Shown: positions 21,714-31,789 of the stretch, one piece after another
Position numbering within the stretch: the stretch's first letter is position 1
How the letters are laid out: each line of letters starts with the position of its first letter
Source: Candidatus Omnitrophota bacterium
GTDB taxonomy: Bacteria > Omnitrophota > Gorgyraeia > Gorgyraeales > Gorgyraeaceae
DNA: 64,000 bases
Direction: 5' to 3'
Assembly: GCA_043821705.1 (NCBI GenBank)
Contig: JBDRCN010000001.1
Location: 74,133 to 138,132 of the forward strand
Position numbers and translations under genes: made by a program
Notes under the pieces: model-generated
The model's database searches: none
Told to the model about the DNA's origin: nothing
What the model saw: the letters and a program-made list of their open reading frames with translations, nothing else

Positions 21714-22949
21714 ATGAATAAGATTATTATAGTAGGCGGTGGGCCAGCAGGGATGATGGCTTCTATCAGGGCGAGTGAGCTTGGTGCGAACGTCATTCTG
21801 ATAGAAAAAAACCCAGACCTTGGGAGAAAACTTCTCTTAACAGGTAAGGAGAGGTGTAACCTTACAAATGCTGGTGATCTGGATGAGTTCCTTAAAAGAT
21901 ATTCAAAGAATGGGGAATTTCTAAGAGACAGCTTCAAGAGATTTTTTAATAAGGAGTTGATGACATTTTTTGAAAGTAGAGGCCTAAAGCTAAAGATAGA
22001 ACGTCAGATGAGGGTATTTCCAGAGACTGACAGTTCAGAACATGTATTAGAGGTACTCAAAAAAGAACTAAAAAATGAAAAAGTAAGGATATACTTTGGT
22101 TCCATAGTAAAGGACATCTTAATAGAGAAAGGTACAGTTAAAGGCGTCAAATTAGAGGATAAGCAGGATATCTCTTCAGATAAAGTGATATTAACAACAG
22201 GAGGGGTATCTTATGGATTTACTGGTTCTACTGGAAAAGGTATAGAATTAGCTAAAAGATCAGGCCATAGGATAACAGACCTTAGCCCAGGCCTCATAGC
22301 ATTGGAGACAAAAGAAGATTTTCAGGAGAGGTTAGAGGGCCTCGCATTAAAAAATATTATATTAACATTTACTGACGGTAAAAAAGATATAAGATCAGAT
22401 GTTGGGGAGATGCTTTTTACAGATTTTGGAGTATCAGGTCCTTTGGTATTGTCTCTAAGCGGAAAGATAGCGGACTGGTTAAAAGAGAAAAAGGTGTCTT
22501 TATATGTAGACTTAAAACCAGCACTTTCTAAAGAAGCTCTTGAGAAACGCATATTAAAAGAGTTTAAGGAAAATCCTGGCAAGATCTTTAAGAATGCATT
22601 AAAGACCCTGATGCCTGCCAGATTAATAGACGTGGTGATAGATATTTTAGAGGTATCGCCAGATAAAAAAATAAATCAGATCACGCAGAAGGAAAGAAAA
22701 GGCCTTGTGGAAATCTTAAAGGCATTCCCTCTTACTATAAAATGTCCTAGGCCTATAAAAGATGCAATGGTTACTAGAGGAGGAGTATCCTTAAAGGATA
22801 TAGATCCTAGGACTATGCAATCTCGCCTTATAAAAGGCCTATATTTTGCAGGAGAGATGATAGATATCGATGGTGATACGGGGGGCTTTAATCTCCAGGC
22901 AGCGTTCTCAACAGGCTACCTCGCAGGTGAATCCGCAGCATCTAGCTAA
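21714..22949 (+). CDS. HI0933/BaiN-family NAD(P)/FAD-dependent flavoprotein
   Basis: N-terminal IIVGGGPAGMMASI dinucleotide fold. The family-typical TGKERCNLTN and C-terminal GGFNLQAAFSTG motifs are present. Confidence 0.8.
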   Translation: MNKIIIVGGGPAGMMASIRASELGANVILIEKNPDLGRKLLLTGKERCNLTNAGDLDEFLKRYSKNGEFLRDSFKRFFNKELMTFFESRGLKLKIERQMRVFPETDSSEHVLEVLKKELKNEKVRIYFGSIVKDILIEKGTVKGVKLEDKQDISSDKVILTTGGVSYGFTGSTGKGIELAKRSGHRITDLSPGLIALETKEDFQERLEGLALKNIILTFTDGKKDIRSDVGEMLFTDFGVSGPLVLSLSGKIADWLKEKKVSLYVDLKPALSKEALEKRILKEFKENPGKIFKNALKTLMPARLIDVVIDILEVSPDKKINQITQKERKGLVEILKAFPLTIKCPRPIKDAMVTRGGVSLKDIDPRTMQSRLIKGLYFAGEMIDIDGDTGGFNLQAAFSTGYLAGESAASS

Positions 22950-22989
22950 TCACAGTTTTTCTTTTTTTGAATAAAACTAAAAAGTACAC

Positions 22990-23093
22990 TTAATTAGCAT
23001 CGGGTCCTGTCCGCCGATTCACCCCACAAGTGCTTGGCATTTGCCTGCGCGCTTGCGGGGGCCCCAATCGCCGGCCACCCGTTGCTAATTAGT
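22990..23093 (+). repeat. Palindromic repeat family B, copy 1 (~100 bp, GC-rich)
   Basis: Matches 29424-29515. The outer stem is AGCA(A/T)CGGGT/ACCCGTTGCT. The inner stem is CCG..GATT/AATC..CGG, with compensatory differences between the two copies. Confidence 0.8.
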
Positions 23094-23233
23094 AATTTTT
23101 TTAGATTTTCCCAGGGAGACAGAAAAACAGCGATGAAAGCTAACAGGTTACTTTTAATCTGGTTAGAAATGCCAGGACGCTGATATTATCTTGAATTGAC
23201 TCTATATAATATATCTGCTATTATGATATTCCT

Positions 23234-25123
23234 ATGAAAAAGAGAATGGTCTATGACGTTATAGTAGTTGGTGGAGGCCATGCTGGGATAGAGGCATCTT
23301 TAGCTTCAGCTCGCATGGGATCTAAGACCCTTCTTGTGACAATGGACCCTGAAAAAATAGGTTATATGTCATGCAATCCTGCTATCGGGGGCATTGGGAA
23401 GGGGCAGCTTGTAAAAGAGATCGATGCCTTAGGCGGGGAAATGGCCAAGGCTACTGATTACTCAGGCATACAATTCCGTATTCTAAATAAGACAAAGGGC
23501 CCAGCTGTATGGTCGTCTCGCGCTCAGGTGGATAGAGAGCTTTATTTAGAATATATGAAAAAGATATTCAGGAAAGAAAAGAATATAACTATTTTAAAAG
23601 GCTCTGTAGTCGATCTGGTGATCAAGGATGAAAAGATCTATGGCGTAAAGCTGGATGATTCTAGTAGGGTTCGTTCGAAGACAGTTGTCCTGACACCAGG
23701 CACGTTTTTGAATGGCGTGATCCATATAGGACTTGAATCATTTCCTGGAGGCAGGATAGGTGATAAGCCGTCAATAGGATTGTCGCAGGCTTTAAAAAGA
23801 GCTGGTTTTAGAATATCCAGGCTTAAAACAGGCACTACTCCTAGGCTAGATAAGTCCACTATAGATTTTAAAAAGATGAAGAAACAATCCGGAGATAGTC
23901 CTCCTCAGTCATTTTCTTTTTCTACTAAACTATTAATAAAAAAACAAGCCCCCTGTTATCTAACTTATACTAATAAAAAGACACACGATATAATAAGAGA
24001 GAACCTTGACCGCTCTCCGCTTTATTCAGGGAAGATAATATCCACTGGAGTGAGATATTGCCCATCCATAGAAGATAAGGTAGTAAGATTTTCTGACAGG
24101 GACCGCCATCAGATATTTTTAGAACCAGAAGGCCTTAATACGGATCAATATTATCCTAACGGGATCTCGACCAGTCTTCCTTATGATGTACAGCTTAAGA
24201 TGATCAGGTCAATAAAGGGGTTAGAAAAGGCTGAGATCTTAGTACCTGGATATGGGATAGAGTATGATTTTATAGACCCGACAGAACTTTATCCTACTTT
24301 AGAGACTAAAAAAATAAAAGATCTTTTTAATGCAGGCCAGATAAATGGTACTACTGGTTACGAAGAAGCAGGAGCTCAAGGATTCATCGCAGGCGTAAAC
24401 GCTAGTTTAAAGGTAAAGGGAAAAGAGCCTTTTATCCTCGACAGGTCAGAGAGCTACATAGGGGTCCTCATAGATGACCTTGTCACAAAAGGAACTAATG
24501 AGCCCTACAGGATGTTCACATCCCGCGTAGAATATAGGCTTATCTTAAGGGAAGACAATGCTGATATCAGGCTCTGCGAATTAGGCTATAAGTTAGGAAT
24601 AGTAAAAAGAGATACTTATAAAAAATTACAGGATAAGAGAAAAAATATATCCGATGAGGTTGAAAGGATAAAACATATCAAGATATATCCTAACAAGGCT
24701 ACTAATCTAAAACTTAAAAAGATGAAAACCCCTCCTATAAATAATGTGACTAGCTTATTCGATCTACTCAGGAGGCCTGGGTTAAGTTTTAATAATATAG
24801 TGAGCCTTAATGGAAAGAAAATAAGATTTACAGAAGAGGAAATAAAAGAGATAGAGATAGAGGCAAAATATAAAGGTTTTATCGAAAGGCAGTCAAAAGA
24901 AATAGAAAATTTTAAAAGAATAGAAAAGATAAAGATACCAGAAAGTTTTAGTTTTAATAATATACCAAACCTATCTAACGAGATAGTAGAGAAACTGAAC
25001 ATTGCAAAGCCACTTAATCTGGGGCAGGCCTCAAGGATATCAGGCGTGACACCTGTCGCAATATCAGTATTGATGATCTATTTAAAAAAATGGAAAAAAG
25101 AACATTTAGCAAAAAAGAACTAA
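23234..25123 (+). CDS. mnmG: tRNA uridine 5-carboxymethylaminomethyl modification enzyme
   Basis: MnmG/GidA N-terminus [14 protein letters not shown]...[23 protein letters not shown]. 629 aa. Confidence 0.95.
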   Translation: MKKRMVYDVIVVGGGHAGIEASLASARMGSKTLLVTMDPEKIGYMSCNPAIGGIGKGQLVKEIDALGGEMAKATDYSGIQFRILNKTKGPAVWSSRAQVDRELYLEYMKKIFRKEKNITILKGSVVDLVIKDEKIYGVKLDDSSRVRSKTVVLTPGTFLNGVIHIGLESFPGGRIGDKPSIGLSQALKRAGFRISRLKTGTTPRLDKSTIDFKKMKKQSGDSPPQSFSFSTKLLIKKQAPCYLTYTNKKTHDIIRENLDRSPLYSGKIISTGVRYCPSIEDKVVRFSDRDRHQIFLEPEGLNTDQYYPNGISTSLPYDVQLKMIRSIKGLEKAEILVPGYGIEYDFIDPTELYPTLETKKIKDLFNAGQINGTTGYEEAGAQGFIAGVNASLKVKGKEPFILDRSESYIGVLIDDLVTKGTNEPYRMFTSRVEYRLILREDNADIRLCELGYKLGIVKRDTYKKLQDKRKNISDEVERIKHIKIYPNKATNLKLKKMKTPPINNVTSLFDLLRRPGLSFNNIVSLNGKKIRFTEEEIKEIEIEAKYKGFIERQSKEIENFKRIEKIKIPESFSFNNIPNLSNEIVEKLNIAKPLNLGQASRISGVTPVAISVLMIYLKKWKKEHLAKKN

Positions 25124-25776
25124 AAGACCTTTCTGTTTCACTTGGCGCTGCTTTATTTGGGATAGCAGATGTAAAGACAGTGAAAGAGGAATTTCATTTT
25201 TCTAGTGAAATTTTAGAGGATTTAGATTATGCTATATCCATAGGCCTTAGATTGAGTGATGTGATATTAGATGACATAGTAGACCATCCCACAAAGATAT
25301 ATTTCCATCACTATAGGCAGGCGAATGCACAGCTTGACAGGATCGCATTAGGGGTGACTAATTTCATACAAGGATCCGGGCATAAGGCATTACCTATACC
25401 AGCGTCACAGATCTTGGATTGGGAAAGACAGGAGGGGCACCTTTCTCATAAAAAGATAGGGGAACTAGCAGGACTTGGATTTATAGGAAGGAACAATCTA
25501 TTAGTAAATCCAGAGCTTGGTTCGCGGTTTAGACTAGTCACTATATTGACAGACGCGCCTTTAGAAACAGATAAAGCGCTGGGCATAGATTGTGAGACAT
25601 GCAAAGATTGTATAAAGACGTGCCCAGCAAACGCGATAAAAGAAAACAAGAAAGATTTTGACCACATTGCTTGTTACGAAAAACTAAAAGAATTTAGAGA
25701 TAAGGGCTATGTCGGGCAATTTATATGTGGTATATGTGTAAAAGCTTGCAGGGGGAATAAATGGAAAAGAAGATAG
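25090..25776 (+). CDS. QueG-like iron-sulfur protein (DUF1730 + 4Fe-4S dicluster; short form)
   Basis: QueG-type motif [24 protein letters not shown] plus [12 protein letters not shown] and CGICVKAC. It is only 228 aa and lacks the C-terminal extension of canonical QueG. It overlaps the mnmG 3' end by 34 nt. Confidence 0.55.
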   Translation: MEKRTFSKKELKDLSVSLGAALFGIADVKTVKEEFHFSSEILEDLDYAISIGLRLSDVILDDIVDHPTKIYFHHYRQANAQLDRIALGVTNFIQGSGHKALPIPASQILDWERQEGHLSHKKIGELAGLGFIGRNNLLVNPELGSRFRLVTILTDAPLETDKALGIDCETCKDCIKTCPANAIKENKKDFDHIACYEKLKEFRDKGYVGQFICGICVKACRGNKWKRR

Positions 25777-27302
25777 TAGTAGTCTTGGATTTCGGCTCAC
25801 AGTATAATCAGCTTATAGCGCGTCGCGTCAGAGAATGTAATGTTTTTTGCGTACTCGTTCCCTATAATACTTCTATATCAAAGATCAAGGCCATGGACCC
25901 GAAAGCCATAATCCTCTCAGGCGGCCCTAGCAGTGTAAGTAAAAAGAATTCCCCAAAATGTAGCCCAGAGATATTCAGATTGGGCGTGCCTATCTTAGGA
26001 ATATGCTATGGTATGCAGCTTTTAGGATATATGCTCGGAGGCAAGGTCAAAAAGACTAAAAAACGCGAATACGGCCACGCAGAACTATTCATCAATAAAA
26101 AAGAAAAACTTTTCTCAGGATGTTCTGACAGAGAAAAGGTATGGATGAGCCATGGAGACGAGGTAGTAAAGCTGCCAAAAGGTTTTATCAGGCTTGCACA
26201 TACAAAGAACAGTAAACTTGCCAGTATTGCTTGCCCAGAAAAAAGGATATATGGCCTGCAATTCCATCCTGAAGTAGTACATACCCCGAAAGGCATGAAG
26301 ATATTCAAGAATTTCCTCTATGATATCTCAGGTTTAAAACCCAATTGGACCATGAAGTCTTTTATCAAAGAAGAGATAAGGGATATAAGGCGAAGGGTTG
26401 GCAAAGAAAAAGTGGTGTTAGGGCTTAGCGGAGGAGTTGATTCATCTGTCACAGCAGTTTTGTTACATAGGGCAATAGGGAAGAACTTACACTGCGTGTT
26501 CGTGGATAATGGGCTTTTAAGAAAAGGTGAAAAAGAAAACGTTGAAAAGATGTTCAGGCAGCAAATTCACTTGAACCTGCATGTTATAGATGCTGAAGAT
26601 AGGTTTGTAAAAAAATTAAAAGGAGTAGTGGACCCTGAAAGAAAACGTAAGATCATTGGAAGAGAGTTTATCAGGGTGTTTGAGGAAGAAGCAAAAAGAC
26701 TAGGGAAAATAAAATTTTTAGCTCAAGGCACGCTATATCCTGATGTAATAGAAAGCGTATCTGCCAAGGGAGGGCCATCAGCCACTATAAAGACACATCA
26801 CAATGTAGGAGGCCTTCCAAAAAAGATGGGATTTAAATTGATCGAGCCATTAAAAGACCTTTTTAAAGACGAGGTAAGGCGTCTTGGAAAAGAGATGGGC
26901 CTTGAGGATAAATTTGTCTATAGACAGCCTTTTCCAGGCCCAGGCCTAGGAGTGAGGATAGTAGGTGAGATAACAAAAGAGCGTCTTTATACACTTAAGG
27001 AAGCAGATTTTATAATGCAGGAAGAGATGGAAAAATATTCTGGTTATAGAAGTATTTGGCAGTCGTTCGCAGTCTTCTTGCCAGTAAAAAGCGTAGGTGT
27101 GATGGGCGATGAAAGGACTTATGAGAATGTGTGCGTTCTAAGAATAGTCGATAGCCTTGATGCAATGACAGCTGATTGGACAAAGCTTCCTTATGATATC
27201 CTCGGAAAGATCTCAAACCGCATAATAAACGAAGTAAAAGGAATAAACCGTGTAGTATACGATATCTCCTCCAAACCCCCGGCAACTATCGAGTGGGAAT
27301 AA
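25761..27302 (+). CDS. guaA: GMP synthase (glutamine-hydrolysing)
   Basis: GATase N-domain (VVLDFGSQYNQLIARRVRE ... GICYGMQ) and ATP-PPase domain (GLSGGVDSSV). Confidence 0.95.
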   Translation: MEKKIVVVLDFGSQYNQLIARRVRECNVFCVLVPYNTSISKIKAMDPKAIILSGGPSSVSKKNSPKCSPEIFRLGVPILGICYGMQLLGYMLGGKVKKTKKREYGHAELFINKKEKLFSGCSDREKVWMSHGDEVVKLPKGFIRLAHTKNSKLASIACPEKRIYGLQFHPEVVHTPKGMKIFKNFLYDISGLKPNWTMKSFIKEEIRDIRRRVGKEKVVLGLSGGVDSSVTAVLLHRAIGKNLHCVFVDNGLLRKGEKENVEKMFRQQIHLNLHVIDAEDRFVKKLKGVVDPERKRKIIGREFIRVFEEEAKRLGKIKFLAQGTLYPDVIESVSAKGGPSATIKTHHNVGGLPKKMGFKLIEPLKDLFKDEVRRLGKEMGLEDKFVYRQPFPGPGLGVRIVGEITKERLYTLKEADFIMQEEMEKYSGYRSIWQSFAVFLPVKSVGVMGDERTYENVCVLRIVDSLDAMTADWTKLPYDILGKISNRIINEVKGINRVVYDISSKPPATIEWE

Positions 27303-28436
27303 TTATAGGTATTTTTGTATCAGGTGGGCAGCGCGGTCGATAGCGCCTTTTTCGCCTAACTTTCCTTTGACAAGATGAAGTTCTTTTTTTATCTGGTCTT
27401 GCAATTTGTGGTCAGTCAATATAGAAAGCGCTTCTTTTGATATATTTCCTGGGTTTGCATCGGATTGGACTAATTCTGGGACTATTCTTTTTCCAGCTAC
27501 TATGTTTACTAGAGCGATATTTGGGATATTTATCATGTTCTTTGCTAAAAGATAAGTGACTATAGAAGTCTTATATATCACGATCATAGGTTTTTCCATT
27601 ATTGCTGTCTCAAGCGTAGCGCTGCCAGATGACACTATTACCAGATCGGTTATATCCATGATCTCATAGGGTTTATTGTCGAGAGAATGAGGTTTTATAG
27701 AAGAAGCGTTAGTTATATTATTATATACAGAATGATCTATCTCTTTTCTTTTGGAGAGGATAAATTCTACATTGCCTAATTTTTCTTTTATCTTTTCGCA
27801 TGCCTTAAGCATGACTGGTAGGTGCCGTTCTATCTCTTTCTGTCTTGAGCCAGGTAGAAGTGCTATTTTTATGGAAGAGTGTTTTGCATGGACGTGTTTT
27901 ATAGTTTCTTCTTTTTTCCAAAGAGGCCTTACAATATCTAGAAATGGATGGCCTACAAAACTGACCTTTACACCAGCTTCTTTATAAAGTTCTTCCTCAA
28001 ATCCGAATAGGACTATCATCTTATCGACCAATCTTTTTATCTCAAAGACCCTCTTTTTACCCCATGCCCATACTTGTGGACTGATATAATAGATCACAGG
28101 GATATTTTTTTCTTTCACGTATTTTGCAAACCTGAGATTGAACCCAGGATAGTCGACCAGTATTACCAGGTCAGGTTTTCTTTTATCTAGAAGGATGAGA
28201 AGGTCTGCTAATAGTTTTTTGAATACATTGAGATGTCTTAACACTTCTATGAAACCTACTACCGCAAGCTTTACGATGTCCTGCACTATTTCACATCCTG
28301 CGCCTTCCATGAGTTTTCCGCCGACGCCAAAGAATTCTATGTGAGGATTTATTTTTTTAAGGGCATTGATCAGATTTGAGGCCTGGAGATCGCCAGAGGC
28401 TTCTCCAGCTACGATCAGGATTCTTTTTTTCTTCAT
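27303..28436 (-). CDS. lpxB: lipid-A-disaccharide synthase
   Basis: LpxB N-terminus ILIVAGEASGDLQASNLINAL. 377 aa. Confidence 0.9.
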   Translation of the reverse strand: MKKKRILIVAGEASGDLQASNLINALKKINPHIEFFGVGGKLMEGAGCEIVQDIVKLAVVGFIEVLRHLNVFKKLLADLLILLDKRKPDLVILVDYPGFNLRFAKYVKEKNIPVIYYISPQVWAWGKKRVFEIKRLVDKMIVLFGFEEELYKEAGVKVSFVGHPFLDIVRPLWKKEETIKHVHAKHSSIKIALLPGSRQKEIERHLPVMLKACEKIKEKLGNVEFILSKRKEIDHSVYNNITNASSIKPHSLDNKPYEIMDITDLVIVSSGSATLETAIMEKPMIVIYKTSIVTYLLAKNMINIPNIALVNIVAGKRIVPELVQSDANPGNISKEALSILTDHKLQDQIKKELHLVKGKLGEKGAIDRAAHLIQKYL

Positions 28437-29356
28437 ATTGTAAGCTTTTTTATTATGCGATGGGCTACATCTAGTGCATCGTACGCTTCGACACCAGAGA
28501 CAGTAGGCCGTTTTTTGTGGATCACACAGTCTATAAAAGACATTAGTTCTTTATCTAATGGTTTTTCTTTTTTAATATCTATCATCTTTGTCACGATATT
28601 ATTTTTTATCTTTTTTGCTATCTTTGCTTCCTGAGATACATAGTCCAGAGATATATAGCAGTCTTCCTGGAATATCCTTATTTTTCTTAAAGAATCATTT
28701 GTGACCCTGCTTGCAGTCAGATCACACACAGTACCATTTTTGAACCTTATACGAGCATTTGCTATGTCCTCATATTTTGTAAGGATCTTCATGCCTATTG
28801 CTTGTATGTCCTTTATCTTTGATCTTGTAAAGCCAAGGACTATGTCTATGTCATGGATCATAAGATCCAGGACTACTCCTATATCCTGGACCCTAGGAGT
28901 AAAAGGCCCAAGCCTATGGACTTCTATGAACCTAGGTTTAGGGGAAAGTTTATTGATAGCCTGTATTGCAGAATTAAATCTCTCTACATGTCCAACTTGT
29001 ATTATCAGTTTTTTCTTTTTTGCAAGGTCTATTAGTTTTTTAGCTTCTCTCAGGGTCTTTGTAATAGGTTTTTCTATTAAGACATGGATATTATTATCCA
29101 GAAAAAATTTGGCTATTTTATAATGGAGGTATGTAGGTGTTACGATGCTTACAGCAGCTAGCTTATAACTAAGAAGTTTCTTATAATCAGTTTCATAGTT
29201 AGTATTTAATACTTCTTTAGTAGACTTGATCACAGCTTCATCAATATCGCATACTGCTACAAGCTCTACATTTTTTAAAGAAGAGTAGATCTTAGCATGA
29301 AAAGACCCTAACCTGCCTAACCCTATTACACCAACACGTACTTTTTTCATATCCAT
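28433..29356 (-). CDS. Gfo/Idh/MocA-family NAD-dependent oxidoreductase (possibly lipid-A sugar 3-dehydrogenase, GnnA-like)
   Basis: Rossmann motif VGVIGLGRLGSFHA and EKP...A motif of the family. Its start/stop overlaps lpxB, which gives the operon context. Confidence 0.6.
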   Translation of the reverse strand: MDMKKVRVGVIGLGRLGSFHAKIYSSLKNVELVAVCDIDEAVIKSTKEVLNTNYETDYKKLLSYKLAAVSIVTPTYLHYKIAKFFLDNNIHVLIEKPITKTLREAKKLIDLAKKKKLIIQVGHVERFNSAIQAINKLSPKPRFIEVHRLGPFTPRVQDIGVVLDLMIHDIDIVLGFTRSKIKDIQAIGMKILTKYEDIANARIRFKNGTVCDLTASRVTNDSLRKIRIFQEDCYISLDYVSQEAKIAKKIKNNIVTKMIDIKKEKPLDKELMSFIDCVIHKKRPTVSGVEAYDALDVAHRIIKKLTI

Positions 29357-29423
29357 AATGATAACAGATAAGCTCTATTCAGTAAAGCTAAATTGGAGGC
29401 CTGCTTCCTCGCCATGTTTTCAA

Positions 29424-29515
29424 GTAGCAACGGGTCCTGTCCGAGATTCACCCCACAAGTGCTCGCAAAACGCTGCGCGCTTGCGGGGACCCCAATCTCG
29501 GCCACCCGTTGCTAT
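29424..29515 (+). repeat. Palindromic repeat family B, copy 2
   Basis: Same architecture as 22990-23093. The perfect 10-bp outer stem AGCAACGGGT/ACCCGTTGCT is present. Confidence 0.8.
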
Positions 29516-29576
29516 TCAGCAAAACAAGCCAAGCCATCCGCTAATAGCTTTAATAATTGTAAACTATTCTAACCAA

Positions 29577-29762
29577 AGCTAGGCTAGGGTTCTTTAGTGC
29601 ATCAGAAACATAGCGGCATCCCGTAGTATTTTAGCACGAGGTGTTCAAGGTTTTAGAGCGAGATCGAATCTATCTAAAGGCGAAAGCGCGATTTGGAGAA
29701 CGAGCTCTAAACCGTAGAACACGGCGCGGTGTTTCAGCACTAAAGACACTAGACTAGCTTTA
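29577..29762 (+). repeat. Repeat family A, copy 2
   Basis: Aligns end to end with 3777-3962. The terminal stem carries the compensatory pair TAGTGC/GCACTA versus TAGCGC/GCGCTA in copy 1. Confidence 0.85.
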
Positions 29763-29831
29763 GGTTAGTGTAACTGCAATCATTCATAATCAGTAGACAA
29801 AGAGGATGTGGCATGATATTATATTAGGCCT

Positions 29832-31652
29832 ATGAAAGACTATATACGTTTTCTAAAATTCGTAAAACCGCACCTCTGGATAATGGCTATTGCAATGATC
29901 TGCATGTTCATTTCTTCCAGTATGGGTGGATTTTCGCTTGGAGCTATAATACCTCTGGTAGATAGCATCCTTTCAGGCAAGGATATCTCTATCCCAGGAG
30001 CAAAAAATCCTCCAGAACTCATAGTAAACATTATAGATAAGATGAATACCATACCAAAGGTAAGCCTTCTGAATTGGCTTATTATAATAATAGGCCTTAT
30101 ATTTCTCATAAAAGAGATATTTTTATTTTTCCAGACCTATTTTATGAATAAGCTAGGCCAGACTGTCCTGAAGGATGTCAGGGTTACTATATATAAGAAG
30201 CTCTTAGAGCTCTCAAATGATTTTTATTCAAATAAACAGACAGGGGAACTGGTCTCTAGAGTGACATTTGATGTAGGGGTGATAGTGAATTCTATTACAG
30301 AAGGCCTTACAGACCTGCTCTTACAGCCGATCCAGCTTGCGATATATTTAGGGATCCTTATATGGATAAAGGTGTATTTCTCGATTTCGACGATCTTAAC
30401 ATTAGTTACTATACTTATATTTCCACTTGTCGCATATCCTGTCATAAAAATAGGTAAAAAACTTAGAAAGATCTCAAGATCTACACAAGAGAGCATGGCT
30501 GATATAAATTCTTTATTATTCGAGACCATATATGGTATAGGCATAGTAAAATCCTTTTCTGCTGAAAAATACCAGATCGATAAATTCGATCTTTATAATA
30601 CTAAATATTTTAAGATGCTTTTAAAGTCAGTTAAGCGTATGGCTATTATCAGTCCTTTAGGAGAATTCGTAGGCATATTCTGTGTAGCAGTAGTATTATG
30701 GCTTGGGGGAAAGGAAGTCATAGAGGGGCGTCTTTCAGGAGGAGCATTTATCGCATTCCTTGCAGCGCTTCTTTCTTTGATAAAACCATTTAAGAGGCTT
30801 AGTCGGCTCTATGCTATTAATCTTCAAGCTCAGGCAGCAATAACCAGGGTCTTTAGTGTGCTAGATAGGGAATCAAGCGTGAAGGAAAAAGAATCCTCCT
30901 CTGAACTTGTAGAGTTTAAAGATAAGATAAAGTTCAAGAACATAGATTTTTCATATCAGGAGAAAGACATAGTGTTAAAAGATATAGACATAGAACTTCG
31001 CAAGGGAAAGATCTTGGCAATAGTTGGTTTGAGTGGAGCTGGGAAGACGACTTTAGTAAGTCTTTTACCTAGATTTTATGATCCCAGCAAAGGTTCTATT
31101 TTGATAGATGGCAAGGACTTAAAGGAATTTAGTATCTTATCTCTCAGGGAGCATATTGGGTTAGTCAGCCAAGAGACCATCCTTTTTAATGATACAGTAC
31201 GCAGTAATATTGCATTTGGCAAACCTGATTCTAAGGAAGAAGACATTATGAATGCAGCTAAAGCAGCTAATGCGCATGATTTTATCATGAAGATGCCAGA
31301 GGGGTATGATACTTATATTGGAGATAGGGGCATAAGGCTGTCCGGAGGAGAAAAGCAGCGGCTTGCTATTGCAAGGGCACTCTTTAAAGATCCTCCGATC
31401 CTGATACTAGATGAAGCCACTAGCCAGCTTGACACTGAATCAGAGAGGCTTGTCCAGGAAGCCATAAACAGGCTAATGAAGGATAGGACTGTATTTGTCA
31501 TCGCACACAGGCTTTCTACAGTAGAACACGCTGATAATATAATAGTACTTGAGAATGGAAAGATCGTGGAGTCCGGGAATCATAAGGAACTACTTGATAA
31601 GAAGGGACTTTATAGCAGATTATACGACTTGCAGTTTAGAAATAAGCCTTAA
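29832..31652 (+). CDS. ABC transporter, fused permease/ATPase (lipid A exporter MsbA-like)
   Basis: Six-TM N-domain followed by Walker A (GLSGAGKTT), signature LSGGEKQRLAIARAL and Walker B ILILDEAT. It is divergent from the lpxB operon. Confidence 0.85.
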   Translation: MKDYIRFLKFVKPHLWIMAIAMICMFISSSMGGFSLGAIIPLVDSILSGKDISIPGAKNPPELIVNIIDKMNTIPKVSLLNWLIIIIGLIFLIKEIFLFFQTYFMNKLGQTVLKDVRVTIYKKLLELSNDFYSNKQTGELVSRVTFDVGVIVNSITEGLTDLLLQPIQLAIYLGILIWIKVYFSISTILTLVTILIFPLVAYPVIKIGKKLRKISRSTQESMADINSLLFETIYGIGIVKSFSAEKYQIDKFDLYNTKYFKMLLKSVKRMAIISPLGEFVGIFCVAVVLWLGGKEVIEGRLSGGAFIAFLAALLSLIKPFKRLSRLYAINLQAQAAITRVFSVLDRESSVKEKESSSELVEFKDKIKFKNIDFSYQEKDIVLKDIDIELRKGKILAIVGLSGAGKTTLVSLLPRFYDPSKGSILIDGKDLKEFSILSLREHIGLVSQETILFNDTVRSNIAFGKPDSKEEDIMNAAKAANAHDFIMKMPEGYDTYIGDRGIRLSGGEKQRLAIARALFKDPPILILDEATSQLDTESERLVQEAINRLMKDRTVFVIAHRLSTVEHADNIIVLENGKIVESGNHKELLDKKGLYSRLYDLQFRNKP

Positions 31653-31670
31653 CTGCCCATAAAAAAGCTC

Positions 31671-31698
31671 TTGCAAAAAAAAGCCTTTATGCTATAAT
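31671..31698 (+). promoter_or_regulatory. sigma-70-like promoter for rpsB-tsf-pyrH-frr (TTGCAA-N16-TATAAT)
   Basis: Consensus-like boxes ~90 nt upstream of rpsB. A strong RBS AAAGGAGGA precedes the ATG. Confidence 0.5.
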
Positions 31699-31789
31699 AA
31701 CAGGCCAATCAATATAGCATATAATAATTAAATCTATGCAGTAAGTGTCAAATAAAGATGCTTTAACTTGAGATTTTAAAGGAGGAAAT

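Noticed and set aside
29358-29582. 74-aa ORF (MITDKLYSVKLNWRPASSPCFQVATGPVRDSPHKCSQN...)
   Set aside because: It lies entirely inside the GC-rich repeat B/module region, and its composition simply reflects the repeat. It has no RBS and is not conserved at the other repeat copy, so it is most likely an artefact of translating a palindromic element.
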